Positions 38,590 through 46,927 of a DNA stretch of 46,927 nt are shown here, piece by piece. Below the pieces are notes generated by a model. It was not told the origin of the DNA. It searched no databases and saw only the letters and a list, made by a program, of their open reading frames with translations. Within the stretch, counting starts at the first letter, position 1; each line of letters starts with the position of its first letter. A program made the position numbers and the translations under genes. The DNA comes from Methanosarcinales archaeon (GTDB lineage Archaea > Halobacteriota > Syntropharchaeia > Alkanophagales > Methanospirareceae): NCBI GenBank assembly GCA_025464585.1, contig JAODGL010000092.1, positions 1 to 46,927 on the forward strand. The letters are read 5' to 3'.

Positions 38590-39033
38590 TCATTTAGCTA
38601 ATGAACGTGCTAGAATATATCCAATGAACGCTCCGATTCCAGTAGAAATTATAAAATTGTCAAACTTATCCCCTCTTTCTTCACTCAAGTCCTTTTTTAA
38701 TAATGCCTCTAACGCATCCGCATCATTTTGATTAATTTCATAGCTCTTCGCTTTATTTAAAAGCATGATTAATTTCTCCCGCTCTGCTTCTGTTAATGGA
38801 TTTGCTCTATGAGTAACTCTCTCTAAAAGTGCAGAAATTCCCTGGCGTACCAGCTCATCACCTACTTTATTCGTTAGAATTGAAATTTCAACGATTGATT
38901 TTCTTATCTCACATACGTCACTGCCCAGATTTCCCACCTTTTTCCCTAAATAGAATGACGATGCTAAGAGACCACTTGCTATTGAAAGTCCAGCCAGTGC
39001 GATTCCAAGTCCTGTGCTTATCTCAAGAACCAT
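38590..39033 (-). CDS. Hypothetical membrane protein with N- and C-terminal TM helices
   Basis: Hydrophobic termini around a helical core; own TATA-like element (TTTTATATA) upstream. Confidence 0.65.
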   Translation of the reverse strand: MVLEISTGLGIALAGLSIASGLLASSFYLGKKVGNLGSDVCEIRKSIVEISILTNKVGDELVRQGISALLERVTHRANPLTEAEREKLIMLLNKAKSYEINQNDADALEALLKKDLSEERGDKFDNFIISTGIGAFIGYILARSLAK

Positions 39034-39135
39034 TTTATCTCTGATTTTAAATTTAATTATAACTGAAAGTATATAAAAACATTATCGAGTTCTAACAAAA
39101 AGCAATCTCCAGTGGAAACACAGGGGTGTGTCGGG

Positions 39136-40032
39136 TTAAAATATCCCACCAGTCACGGCTTCAGTTTGTATCTTCACCAGATAGCCTTCATATAAAGATT
39201 TTTTTATCTCAGAAATCTCTGATAGCTTCCTCTTCCCTATCTCTATATCCCTTACCCTACCTTCATCCCCCTCTTCTATCTTCACTCGTAATCCATCTAA
39301 GTGGATCACAACTGGGAACTCCTCACCTGCTTTTGGAGGCAGAGTCATCTCTATCATCTCTTTTATGAACAAAGGGGAAGCAGCCAAAGGGTCCTCTTCT
39401 ATCTCTTCTATCTTCTCATTCAAAACCTCCTTGAATGCTGCAGCCATCTCTTCTAATTTATCTATGTCCGATTTCCGGTTCATCCTGCGCGTCCTTCTGC
39501 CCACGCCACCAACATAATGTGGTATGTCAAGGTCTGGTGGACCGCCAACAATCATATAAGGCACCTCTAATGGCTCGCACAGTTTCGGCGCCTTCTCCTC
39601 TATGCACTCTTTAAAATCGCCAAATACAAATACAGCGGCGTCACATTCCTCTATTATCGCCTTCTCTTGCACGGTCATCTGTGCTATCCTCTTCCCTACT
39701 CCTCTCGCTAAACCCATCATATTTGTAATCGCACCTTTCCTGCGTAAAAACTCCGCTATGTCACACATCGGATAAACAGCATGGTGATTACCCAGAGAAG
39801 GAACTACTATCATTATTTCTGCACCTGCCAACGGCAAATCCTTTAACTTACCCCCCAAATCCTTCGCTTTATTCCGGATTCTCCGCTCTTCCTCCTCCGG
39901 AAATGCCAGATGCATCATTGTCTCCGTCTGCATCACCATCTCTTGTAATACAAAACCCCCTATATCCTCTATTGTCTCTTTTAACTCATGGAACTTATAC
40001 ACGCCGCCTGTGAACATCATTATTTTATACAT
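39136..40032 (-). CDS. Methanogenesis marker protein 7
   Basis: GGVYK, IEDIGG, PLAGAEI, HH..PMCDIAEFLRRKGA and GLARGVG. Confidence 0.85.
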   Translation of the reverse strand: MYKIMMFTGGVYKFHELKETIEDIGGFVLQEMVMQTETMMHLAFPEEEERRIRNKAKDLGGKLKDLPLAGAEIMIVVPSLGNHHAVYPMCDIAEFLRRKGAITNMMGLARGVGKRIAQMTVQEKAIIEECDAAVFVFGDFKECIEEKAPKLCEPLEVPYMIVGGPPDLDIPHYVGGVGRRTRRMNRKSDIDKLEEMAAAFKEVLNEKIEEIEEDPLAASPLFIKEMIEMTLPPKAGEEFPVVIHLDGLRVKIEEGDEGRVRDIEIGKRKLSEISEIKKSLYEGYLVKIQTEAVTGGIF

Positions 40033-40033
40033 C

Positions 40034-40597
40034 TCATGTACCTCCTTTGCTTGAAGCCATCTTTCTCATTATCTCTTTCGCTTTTTCCTTCCACTCCTCC
40101 GCTATGGGATTCTCTGAAGCGATAATGGTTATTCCTGCGGTGGAAGGCATAGGATACCGTACCCGGGCACCCTCTGGCAGTATCCTATCTATTCCATCTA
40201 ATACCCTCGAGTTTAAATCCTCTCTGGGGTCATATACAATCAAATTCATAACTTCTGCTATTTCCTCATCCTTCAATTCAAGTCCTATCACTAATCTGCT
40301 TATTTGTTGAACGCGCTCCCCGTATTTATCCCACAGCAGAGCAAGCAATTTAGGAGCATATTTCTCGTCTGTGATCCTTAACTTATCCCCTTCTCGCTGC
40401 GTTACATCCCATACCTTTACAGGGCTTGGCACCCTGCCTATCTCGACAGAGAGTATAAAAACGTGTTCCGCAGCATTACAATACATGTATACCTGCTCTA
40501 TGTTACTTCTCAGTCCTATGTCCCTGAATGTATCATCGCATATCTTCTCATAACTCGCGTTTGCAAACTCATCTCCCCCCTCTACTTTTACTTCCAT
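40034..40597 (-). CDS. Methanogenesis marker protein 17
   Basis: DEKYAPKLLALLWDKYG, VYDP, RILPEG.R and IASE; adjacent to marker 7. Confidence 0.82.
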   Translation of the reverse strand: MEVKVEGGDEFANASYEKICDDTFRDIGLRSNIEQVYMYCNAAEHVFILSVEIGRVPSPVKVWDVTQREGDKLRITDEKYAPKLLALLWDKYGERVQQISRLVIGLELKDEEIAEVMNLIVYDPREDLNSRVLDGIDRILPEGARVRYPMPSTAGITIIASENPIAEEWKEKAKEIMRKMASSKGGT

Positions 40598-40598
40598 C

Positions 40599-42038
40599 TC
40601 AAAGACCTCCCTTCTGCCTCTTTACTCTTTTCCCATATACACACCCACGACCTTGAACGCCACCTATGGGGTTCTCCGGTGTGCCAAACTGGTGCATGCA
40701 CCTGCCAAGAACTGCTGCACCCCTCGCCAGGGCATCATCCGCAAATATCACTTCCGTATCCATTCTCCTTCCAAATAATCTGCTCAACTTTTCCAGTATT
40801 ATCTCAGGCTTCCGCCCCGTTATCCCTGCTCTACCCGTTATTCCTATTTTTGTGTTAGGTAATAATAAACCTTCCGCTTTTGCGATCCCTACTAATTCTT
40901 CCACCACACACGCTGATAGCTCATCTATTACGGGTAAAATATAATGTTCTCCTTCCTCTTTTGCAAGCTCTACGCCGATATCCGCTATTTTAGGTAGCTC
41001 AGAGAGGTTATGTCCAGCATCCACGCCAATTAACACTACCCCATTCCTCTCCGCTGCTTCTACATTCACGGGAACGCCGCCTACTCTGTGACCACTTTTT
41101 ACTTTTTCTATCCGCACATGTTTGAGAATATTTTCTGTATATTCTGTCACTACATCCTTTTTTATCCGCCCCTTCTTTTTCTGTAAATCAAGTACAGAAG
41201 GGAAATCAACGGGCACAATTTTTGATACCACTGCGTCAGGGATTGCACCAGCTAAACCGCAAAAGTTACCTATAACACGAGCATACGGCAACCCATCATC
41301 TGTTATTCGACCTGCGAGCGTGGTACCGAAATCCAAAGATAGAACGGGGTTACGGTAATCAACATCGAGCCATTTAGCGGCTTCCTTAAGTCCAGCGGTT
41401 ACAAGCTCCCCTTCCATCTCGTTCCCCACTATCGACTCCCCTGCGGGAGGCATGTTCCCGGTTACAGCCCCGTCAAAATGAGTCTTTTCCATTCTTGAAA
41501 ACGCCCTCAGTTCTGGTGCGATATTTTCTACCGTCATGGGGGAAATCATCTTCCTCGGGGGCACACCAGCGAGCATACATCCTTTTGCTAACGCTTTTAT
41601 TACGCCTTCAACCTCCTCAATTTTTGAGAAACATGCCGTTACACCTGTGGAGCGAACAACGAAATGCAAGTCTGGGATAGTAATGCCTGCGGATTTCGCG
41701 CAGTCCTGCAATGTCCTTTTTACCAAATCTGCTATGGACTCTTCGGAAAGGTCCACCAAGCTTAACGTGTGGCAGAACGAATCATGGTCAGACCGAGCCT
41801 CTCTGGTCATCTTAACTGCTTTGTCAAGGATATAAGTCTTTCCGCTTTTTAAATCCGTAGCGGTCAATATAGATTTGGTGGTGCTGTTCCCAAGCTCAAC
41901 GCTTGCAGCAATAAAAATGGGTCTTAACGTAAGGTCGCCTCTGGAAAGGCGTAATATAAAAAACAAATCCGCGTAACTGATCTTCTTGGTCCTAAGCAAT
42001 CTTGGCTGATACTTCTTCCCAAATATGCCCATTACCAT
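40599..42038 (-). CDS. Methanogenesis marker protein 14 (DUF2114)
   Basis: ASVELGNSTTKSIL, DLHFVVRSTGV, NEMEGELVTAG, DFGTTLAGR, CGLAGAIPD and GITGRAGITG. Confidence 0.88.
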   Translation of the reverse strand: MVMGIFGKKYQPRLLRTKKISYADLFFILRLSRGDLTLRPIFIAASVELGNSTTKSILTATDLKSGKTYILDKAVKMTREARSDHDSFCHTLSLVDLSEESIADLVKRTLQDCAKSAGITIPDLHFVVRSTGVTACFSKIEEVEGVIKALAKGCMLAGVPPRKMISPMTVENIAPELRAFSRMEKTHFDGAVTGNMPPAGESIVGNEMEGELVTAGLKEAAKWLDVDYRNPVLSLDFGTTLAGRITDDGLPYARVIGNFCGLAGAIPDAVVSKIVPVDFPSVLDLQKKKGRIKKDVVTEYTENILKHVRIEKVKSGHRVGGVPVNVEAAERNGVVLIGVDAGHNLSELPKIADIGVELAKEEGEHYILPVIDELSACVVEELVGIAKAEGLLLPNTKIGITGRAGITGRKPEIILEKLSRLFGRRMDTEVIFADDALARGAAVLGRCMHQFGTPENPIGGVQGRGCVYGKRVKRQKGGL

Positions 42039-42237
42039 TTTTTCCTTTCTTTAACAACTATCGTGTGTATGGTATAAAAGTATCATCGGAATAAATATCT
42101 TGTCTATTTTTGCAGTCAACTTCTCATTATCATCATGTCCAGGTGTTTGTTACCCGCTCGGATAGTGGTTCTAACCCAAAACAAAAGTTATTTATGTTTC
42201 CCCTTTCTTGCTTACAAAATCTTGTGAGAAAAAAATA

Positions 42238-42250
42238 GAAAACTTTATAT
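42238..42250 (+). promoter_or_regulatory. BRE/TATA promoter of the mtr operon (probably leaderless mRNA)
   Basis: GAAAAC-TTTATAT ends 24 nt before the ATG at 42274; no RBS. Confidence 0.55.
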
Positions 42251-42273
42251 GGTGTTATTCAAAATTTTTCATC

Positions 42274-43230
42274 ATGCCAGTAATAAGTTTGTTTGCATGG
42301 CTGTTGGTGATAGTGTTTCTAGCGTTCATAGCGTGCATGTTCGAGGACTTGGAGTCTGACGTTGGGTCGCAGAGTAATCCGAACTCGCAAGTGCAGTTGG
42401 CACCAGAGATGGGGTATATACACCGGTACTACAATAAAGCGATATCGGGAGAAGGGCTATCATATGCGCTGGCGTGCACCATAGCAGGAACTATCGCATT
42501 ACTGCTGTTGTTAAAGTTTGAGCCTACTTACGGACCAAGAGCAGCGATATTAGCGATACCCGTAGGTGCAGCAGTGGGGTCTATTTCGCACATGATTCGT
42601 GCCTCTGTCTGTTATCCGGGGAGAGAATCAGCGCATAAAAGGTTTGAGCAGCCTATTTATCTCGATGTCTTCTACGGGCACTTAGTTCCTATCGCAACCC
42701 ACAACTTCATTGCAGTGATATGCATTACGGGGATTGCATATATACAGAGCAATCTAACAGTGCTTTCTGGTGTGTCGGGAGCGTCGAATCCGTTTCCGCT
42801 TCCCTTGCTTTGCCTTATCTGGGGAATAACAGTCGGCGCAATCGGTTCTTCTACCGGGGATATCCACTATGGTACGGAGAGAGAGTTTCAGGATAGACCT
42901 TTTGGAGAGGGTAGGCGAGTAGTTTACCACGGGCAAATATGCAGGTATGGGGATTGCGGTATAAGGACGTCAAAGGATATAGTAGCGTTCTGCGCTAAAT
43001 ACGGCGGTCCTGCTACGGGTTTGACCTTCGGGCTGATCGTTCTATTCGAGAACTGGAGAACAGTGATAGGAATGATGCTCGGTGGATTGGCTGGAGCAGC
43101 TTGGAACCCCGGTATAGCAGCGGTGAGTGGTATTGGACTGGGAATAGCAGTTGCGATAGTGTTGATAGTGCTGAACACATGGCTCGTGAGATGGGCAAGG
43201 AAGAAGTTCGGACCTTTTGTAGGTGAGTAG
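42274..43230 (+). CDS. mtrE: Methyl-H4MPT:CoM methyltransferase subunit E
   Basis: EDLESDVGSQSNPNSQVQLA, NKAISGE and GAIGSSTGDIHYG. Confidence 0.96.
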   Translation: MPVISLFAWLLVIVFLAFIACMFEDLESDVGSQSNPNSQVQLAPEMGYIHRYYNKAISGEGLSYALACTIAGTIALLLLLKFEPTYGPRAAILAIPVGAAVGSISHMIRASVCYPGRESAHKRFEQPIYLDVFYGHLVPIATHNFIAVICITGIAYIQSNLTVLSGVSGASNPFPLPLLCLIWGITVGAIGSSTGDIHYGTEREFQDRPFGEGRRVVYHGQICRYGDCGIRTSKDIVAFCAKYGGPATGLTFGLIVLFENWRTVIGMMLGGLAGAAWNPGIAAVSGIGLGIAVAIVLIVLNTWLVRWARKKFGPFVGE

Positions 43231-43270
43231 AGTAGAGAAAAAAGGAGGAAAGAAAAAAAGGAGAGAAAAA

Positions 43271-44005
43271 ATGGAACCAATAATCTTGGCGATAATATTG
43301 GTATGTATAATAATAGGAGGAATGCTGGGGTCGCTGGGAGTTCATCTATTACCTGTGGGTGGTGCACCCGCAGCGATGGCTACTGCCACGGGAATCGCGA
43401 CAGGATGCGTAATGCTAATGACCGGTTCAGCAGTGACGGGCTTGTTCACAGCATCCACGGTAGCGGCATTTTGGGAATCAAACCCAAGTGTATTGCTCGT
43501 TTCCCTGTCCGGAGGTGTGGGAGCGATGTTGATGATGGGCTTTACAATGCTCATAGCAAATCTGATATACATCTTTGGAGCAGGTGTCGTTCCCGTATCT
43601 GGTAGAGCAGCAGTGGACCCGATAACAAAAGAATCGCAGACGGAATACAAGACGCCTCGAACCGATGGTCACGGAGTTCCAAATGTGTGCTTCTATTCAG
43701 GCATGATAGGGGGACTTGCAGGGGGATTCGGCGGTGCGCTTATTTACGTGGTGTTGGAATCGGATGTTTATGCGAACTTCCCGGTAGCAATTGCAGCGGT
43801 CGTAGCATTGGGGATATTTATAGCCAACGCTATTATGGCTGCGTACAACATAGGAGGAACCATAGAAGGGTTCCACGACCCGAAGTTCAAAGAGCGCATT
43901 GTTACAGGGCTTACCTGTGCTTTTGTCATTTCCCTGATGTGTGGAATCATCGTAGTGATAGCTATTGAGACCGGTGTGCTGGAAGCAGTGGGAGGTGTGT
44001 TGTAA
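43271..44005 (+). CDS. mtrD: Mtr subunit D
   Basis: VHLLPVGGAPAAMA, DPIT, GHGVP and YNIGGTIEGFHDPKF. Confidence 0.96.
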   Translation: MEPIILAIILVCIIIGGMLGSLGVHLLPVGGAPAAMATATGIATGCVMLMTGSAVTGLFTASTVAAFWESNPSVLLVSLSGGVGAMLMMGFTMLIANLIYIFGAGVVPVSGRAAVDPITKESQTEYKTPRTDGHGVPNVCFYSGMIGGLAGGFGGALIYVVLESDVYANFPVAIAAVVALGIFIANAIMAAYNIGGTIEGFHDPKFKERIVTGLTCAFVISLMCGIIVVIAIETGVLEAVGGVL

Positions 44006-44006
44006 G

Positions 44007-44900
44007 ATGACCGTTACACCAGCAGTAGAGGAAGAAGAGAAGAAGGAGGAGGAGGAGAAACCAAAAGAGAAGTTCGAGTTCTCTTTTGACTACTTCAACG
44101 AGTCAAGACTGGGGCTATTTGCACTTATCGTGGGAGCGATAATAGCAGTTGCGTCATTTTTCCCTCCCTTGCCCGCATTCGTAAAGGGGATAGGTGCTAT
44201 GCTTGTCATCGTTTGGGGCGCGGATTCCGTGCGTAAAACAGCGAGATACGGATTGGGAACGGGTGTTCCGTCTATTGGCGTGCTTGCAGTAGGATTCGGA
44301 CTCGCAGGTGCAATAACTGGAATGGCAATTGGGTCAGAGATATATCACTATTTCGGGATAATAGGCATATTGGGGATTTTAGCAGGAGTGGCATTTATGG
44401 CTGTTGTTGGTTATGTCTCGGGTGTGCTTGCAAATAACGAGAAGTTCATCGGTATGAAGATACCAGGTCTGGAGCGAGGGATGGCGGAATTAGCTATGGC
44501 AGGAACATTGGCAATCACACTTGAAAGCTCAATAGTGGCAGGCACGTGGTACAGTGCGGCTATAATGAGTCCTATAAAAGGATATGATGTCACGCCAGCG
44601 GCTTTCTTTGCGGTTATATTCATCCTGTCAGGGTTCGGAATGCTGCAGCCTTACAATTCATGCCTCGGTGCTGATGAGCGTAGAGGGAGAACACTGCTCA
44701 TGGCTATTGAGATCGGAGGGATAAACTGCATCATCTTAGGTGCTGTTGCTACTATGAGTTTAGGTGCAGTTCAGGGTGTTCCCTTGATTGTGTTAGGGGC
44801 AATCGTCTGGGTGGTCTATTATAGAGCATACATGAAAGCATGTATGGCTGAGGCATACGGAACCCCGGGTACGGGGTTGATAAAAACCTTAGGAGGATAG
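44007..44900 (+). CDS. mtrC: Mtr subunit C
   Basis: VWGADSVR, YGLGTGVPSIG, MKIP and PYNSCLG.DE. Confidence 0.95.
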   Translation: MTVTPAVEEEEKKEEEEKPKEKFEFSFDYFNESRLGLFALIVGAIIAVASFFPPLPAFVKGIGAMLVIVWGADSVRKTARYGLGTGVPSIGVLAVGFGLAGAITGMAIGSEIYHYFGIIGILGILAGVAFMAVVGYVSGVLANNEKFIGMKIPGLERGMAELAMAGTLAITLESSIVAGTWYSAAIMSPIKGYDVTPAAFFAVIFILSGFGMLQPYNSCLGADERRGRTLLMAIEIGGINCIILGAVATMSLGAVQGVPLIVLGAIVWVVYYRAYMKACMAEAYGTPGTGLIKTLGG

Positions 44901-44914
44901 AGAAGCGAGAAAAA

Positions 44915-45223
44915 ATGGTAGTAATAATAAATGAAAAACTCGGGGTTGTTTTGGACGATGCAACGCTAACAGTGGGAGAAGCGAAACCAGGTGTGTATAA
45001 AGTGTGCTTAGGACCGATAGAAGACCAGTTGGATATTTTGGAAGGGGCGGTAGACGAGCTTTTTGACATCCTCTCTCCTACAACTACCTACAAAATGGCA
45101 CAGCCTAACCGGGAGGGGATAACAAATACAGCAGGTTTTATCACGATGCTAATGCTTGGTTTGACGTTCGGGGTACTGGTAATAGCGATTGTATTGTATG
45201 GCATAGGATTAGGAGGTGCATGA
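44915..45223 (+). CDS. mtrB: Mtr subunit B
   Basis: LGPIEDQLDILE..LSP..PNREG..AG plus TM; operon position. Confidence 0.92.
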   Translation: MVVIINEKLGVVLDDATLTVGEAKPGVYKVCLGPIEDQLDILEGAVDELFDILSPTTTYKMAQPNREGITNTAGFITMLMLGLTFGVLVIAIVLYGIGLGGA

Positions 45224-45229
45224 ACAAGA

Positions 45230-45988
45230 ATGGCAGAGAAGAAAGAACCGGCAAAGGGATGGCCCGTTGCGAGTGGTGATTATACGGTGGGGGATCCAAA
45301 TAATCCTGTTGCGGTATCCTCATCCGGCGGGCATTTTAAAGACGATGTTGCTGCGGACTTTATCAGTGCAGGTGCAGCGATAGTAGGGTCTTGTAAAACG
45401 GAGAACATCGGGTTGGAGAAACAGATAGCGAATATTATCAGCAATCCAAATATAAGGTTCTATATCCTTTCAGGACCTGAAGTTCCGGGGCATGTATGCG
45501 GTGGTTCGTTGAAGAAACTGCATGAAAAAGGTGTGGACCCAGAATCGCATAAGATAATAGATGCGCCGGGTGCAATACCGTTCATCGAGAACGTGCCACA
45601 CGAAGCAGTCGAGAGATTCAGACAGCAGGTGGAGCTGATTGACATGCTTGGCGTAGAGGATCCGGGAGCGATAAAAGCGAAGATACAGGAGTGTATGACA
45701 AAAGACCCGGGTGCTTTTCCTGAAGACCCGATGGTGGTGAAGGTCGGGGAAGAGGAGGAAGTAGCAGCAGAGATAGAGCTACCCTTAGCTATGCCCGCAG
45801 ACCCCTTCATGGGCGTGATAAATGATTCGGTCGAAGGTATAAGATACAAATCGCAGATGTTAGCTCGTGACTACAAGTTGTCCATGGCAATCTCAAAGAA
45901 TTCAATCACGGGATTAATAGCAGGGTTTATACTCGCTTTTCTGTTCCTTCTACCGTTTATTTACTGGGCTTTAACGGGGGTGATATAG
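45230..45988 (+). CDS. mtrA: Mtr subunit A corrinoid domain with an MtrF-like C-terminal stalk
   Basis: GWP..GDY.VG, CKTENIGLEK, NIISNPNIRF, EVPGH and GAIPFIEN; C-terminus VEGIRYKSQMLARDYKL. Confidence 0.93.
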   Translation: MAEKKEPAKGWPVASGDYTVGDPNNPVAVSSSGGHFKDDVAADFISAGAAIVGSCKTENIGLEKQIANIISNPNIRFYILSGPEVPGHVCGGSLKKLHEKGVDPESHKIIDAPGAIPFIENVPHEAVERFRQQVELIDMLGVEDPGAIKAKIQECMTKDPGAFPEDPMVVKVGEEEEVAAEIELPLAMPADPFMGVINDSVEGIRYKSQMLARDYKLSMAISKNSITGLIAGFILAFLFLLPFIYWALTGVI

Positions 45989-46195
45989 ATGCCACCACAG
46001 AAAGTAGAGCAACAGACACCTGAAACATCGGTAATAACGGCAAGAATAGAAGACCTGAAGAAACTGGTAACAGTAATAGGAAAAGATTCGAGATTCGCCG
46101 CGGGGCTCTGGGTAGGTTTTGTAAAAGGAGTTGCATTAGGCGTCCTGTTGAGTATGGTACTTGCCGGCTTGAAAATCGTGTTGGCAGGTGTATAA
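45989..46195 (+). CDS. Small Mtr stalk subunit at the mtrF position (sequence resembles the MtrA C-terminal anchor)
   Basis: PETSVITARIEDL..IG..RFAAG..G..KG followed by a TM helix. Confidence 0.75.
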   Translation: MPPQKVEQQTPETSVITARIEDLKKLVTVIGKDSRFAAGLWVGFVKGVALGVLLSMVLAGLKIVLAGV

Positions 46196-46229
46196 GAGGT
46201 AAGAATAAAAAAGGAAGAGGGAGAGAATA

Positions 46230-46526
46230 ATGTCAGAAGAGGGAAAAAAGAAAGAGGAGCCAGAGAAGGAGATAGACGCTGAGGTAGAAGAGGAAGTGAT
46301 GGAGAAAGTGGAAGAGGAACTGAAGGAGTTGATCGTTCCTGTTCCAATTGCGCTCACACCACCGGAGCATACGAAATTGCTGGACAGATTAAGAGTGATG
46401 GACGAGAAAGTGGAGTTTGTGGCTGGTGAACTCGCGCAGAAACAGGGAGAGAAATTGGGGTTTGCAATAGGGACTTTATACGGCGTGGTGATAGGAATAT
46501 TAATATATGTTCTATTTGTAATATAA
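46230..46526 (+). CDS. mtrG: Mtr subunit G
   Basis: RLRVMDEKVEFVAGELAQKQGEKLG..IG.LYG. Confidence 0.93.
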   Translation: MSEEGKKKEEPEKEIDAEVEEEVMEKVEEELKELIVPVPIALTPPEHTKLLDRLRVMDEKVEFVAGELAQKQGEKLGFAIGTLYGVVIGILIYVLFVI

Positions 46527-46553
46527 AATAAAGAAAGGAGGCAAGAGGTAAAA

Positions 46554-46927
46554 ATGTTTGTATTTGATAGGAAACAGGATATATATGAAATAGGGAAGAC
46601 AAGGGTAGGAGGTCAGCCGGGAGAGGTAGCAACTGTTCTCGCAGGCACGATATTCTATGCGAAACACGACATCGTTGAGGACGCGGATAAAGGTATATTT
46701 GACAAGAAGCGCGCGGAGGATGCAATAAACAAACAGGATGAGATGTCGGATATAACCGGGAACCCATGCTGGATACAGATATTCTCGGAATCGGAAGAGG
46801 CAATGGTGAAAGAGATAGAGTTCTGTACAAAAATAAGCGATAGCCCTTTCTTGATTGATTCCACCGTTGCGGAAGCGAAGATGGCAGGAGCTAAATATTG
46901 CGATGAAGTGGGACTGGCAGATAAGGC
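46554..46927 (+). CDS. mtrH: Mtr subunit H, 5' part (runs off the window; absent from the ORF track)
   Basis: Manual translation MFVFDRKQ..VGGQPGE..TVLAGTIFY..DITGNP..PFLIDST; GAGGT RBS. Confidence 0.95.
   Translation, partial: MFVFDRKQDIYEIGKTRVGGQPGEVATVLAGTIFYAKHDIVEDADKGIFDKKRAEDAINKQDEMSDITGNPCWIQIFSESEEAMVKEIEFCTKISDSPFLIDSTVAEAKMAGAKYCDEVGLADK

Noticed and set aside
42208..42273. N-terminal extensions in the ORF track for mtrE (also trpG, mtrD, mtrC, GGGPS and the HExxH gene)
   Set aside because: The extensions run through promoter, repeat or upstream-gene sequence; downstream ATGs fit family N-termini and RBS/TATA spacing better.

Overview
Chromosomal segment of a methane-cycling archaeon. 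ANME-1/Methanophagales affinity is inferred, not proven, from the mtr operon, the mvhD-fdhB/frhB-hdrCBA operon, methanogenesis markers 7, 8, 14 and 17, a group I GGGP synthase and archaeal r-proteins L19e/L18/S5/L30. Other genes include trpEG, glnA, hypF/hypC, a DUF3160 lipoprotein, a khtTU-like K+/H+ antiporter, a likely Re-citrate synthase next to a radical SAM/SPASM gene, dCMP deaminase, UDG4, cooC, sufS, queC and larA. The strongest candidate for an undescribed system is a three-gene operon at 14164-18409: a 900-aa divergent tubulin/FtsZ-family GTPase with long coiled coils, flanked by two membrane proteins with cytoplasmic coiled coils, one of which also has a secreted ectodomain. Other notable items are a solitary integron attC-like site (3977-4064) with two weaker cassette-like scars, an apparent MtrA/MtrF stalk swap, a tandem HdrA with one degenerate module, a promoter-driven multi-hairpin element, an orphan HExxH protein, and two patches of decayed mobile or defence DNA. 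No rRNA, tRNA or CRISPR array was recognised. All family calls come from motif recognition by eye; no searches were run.
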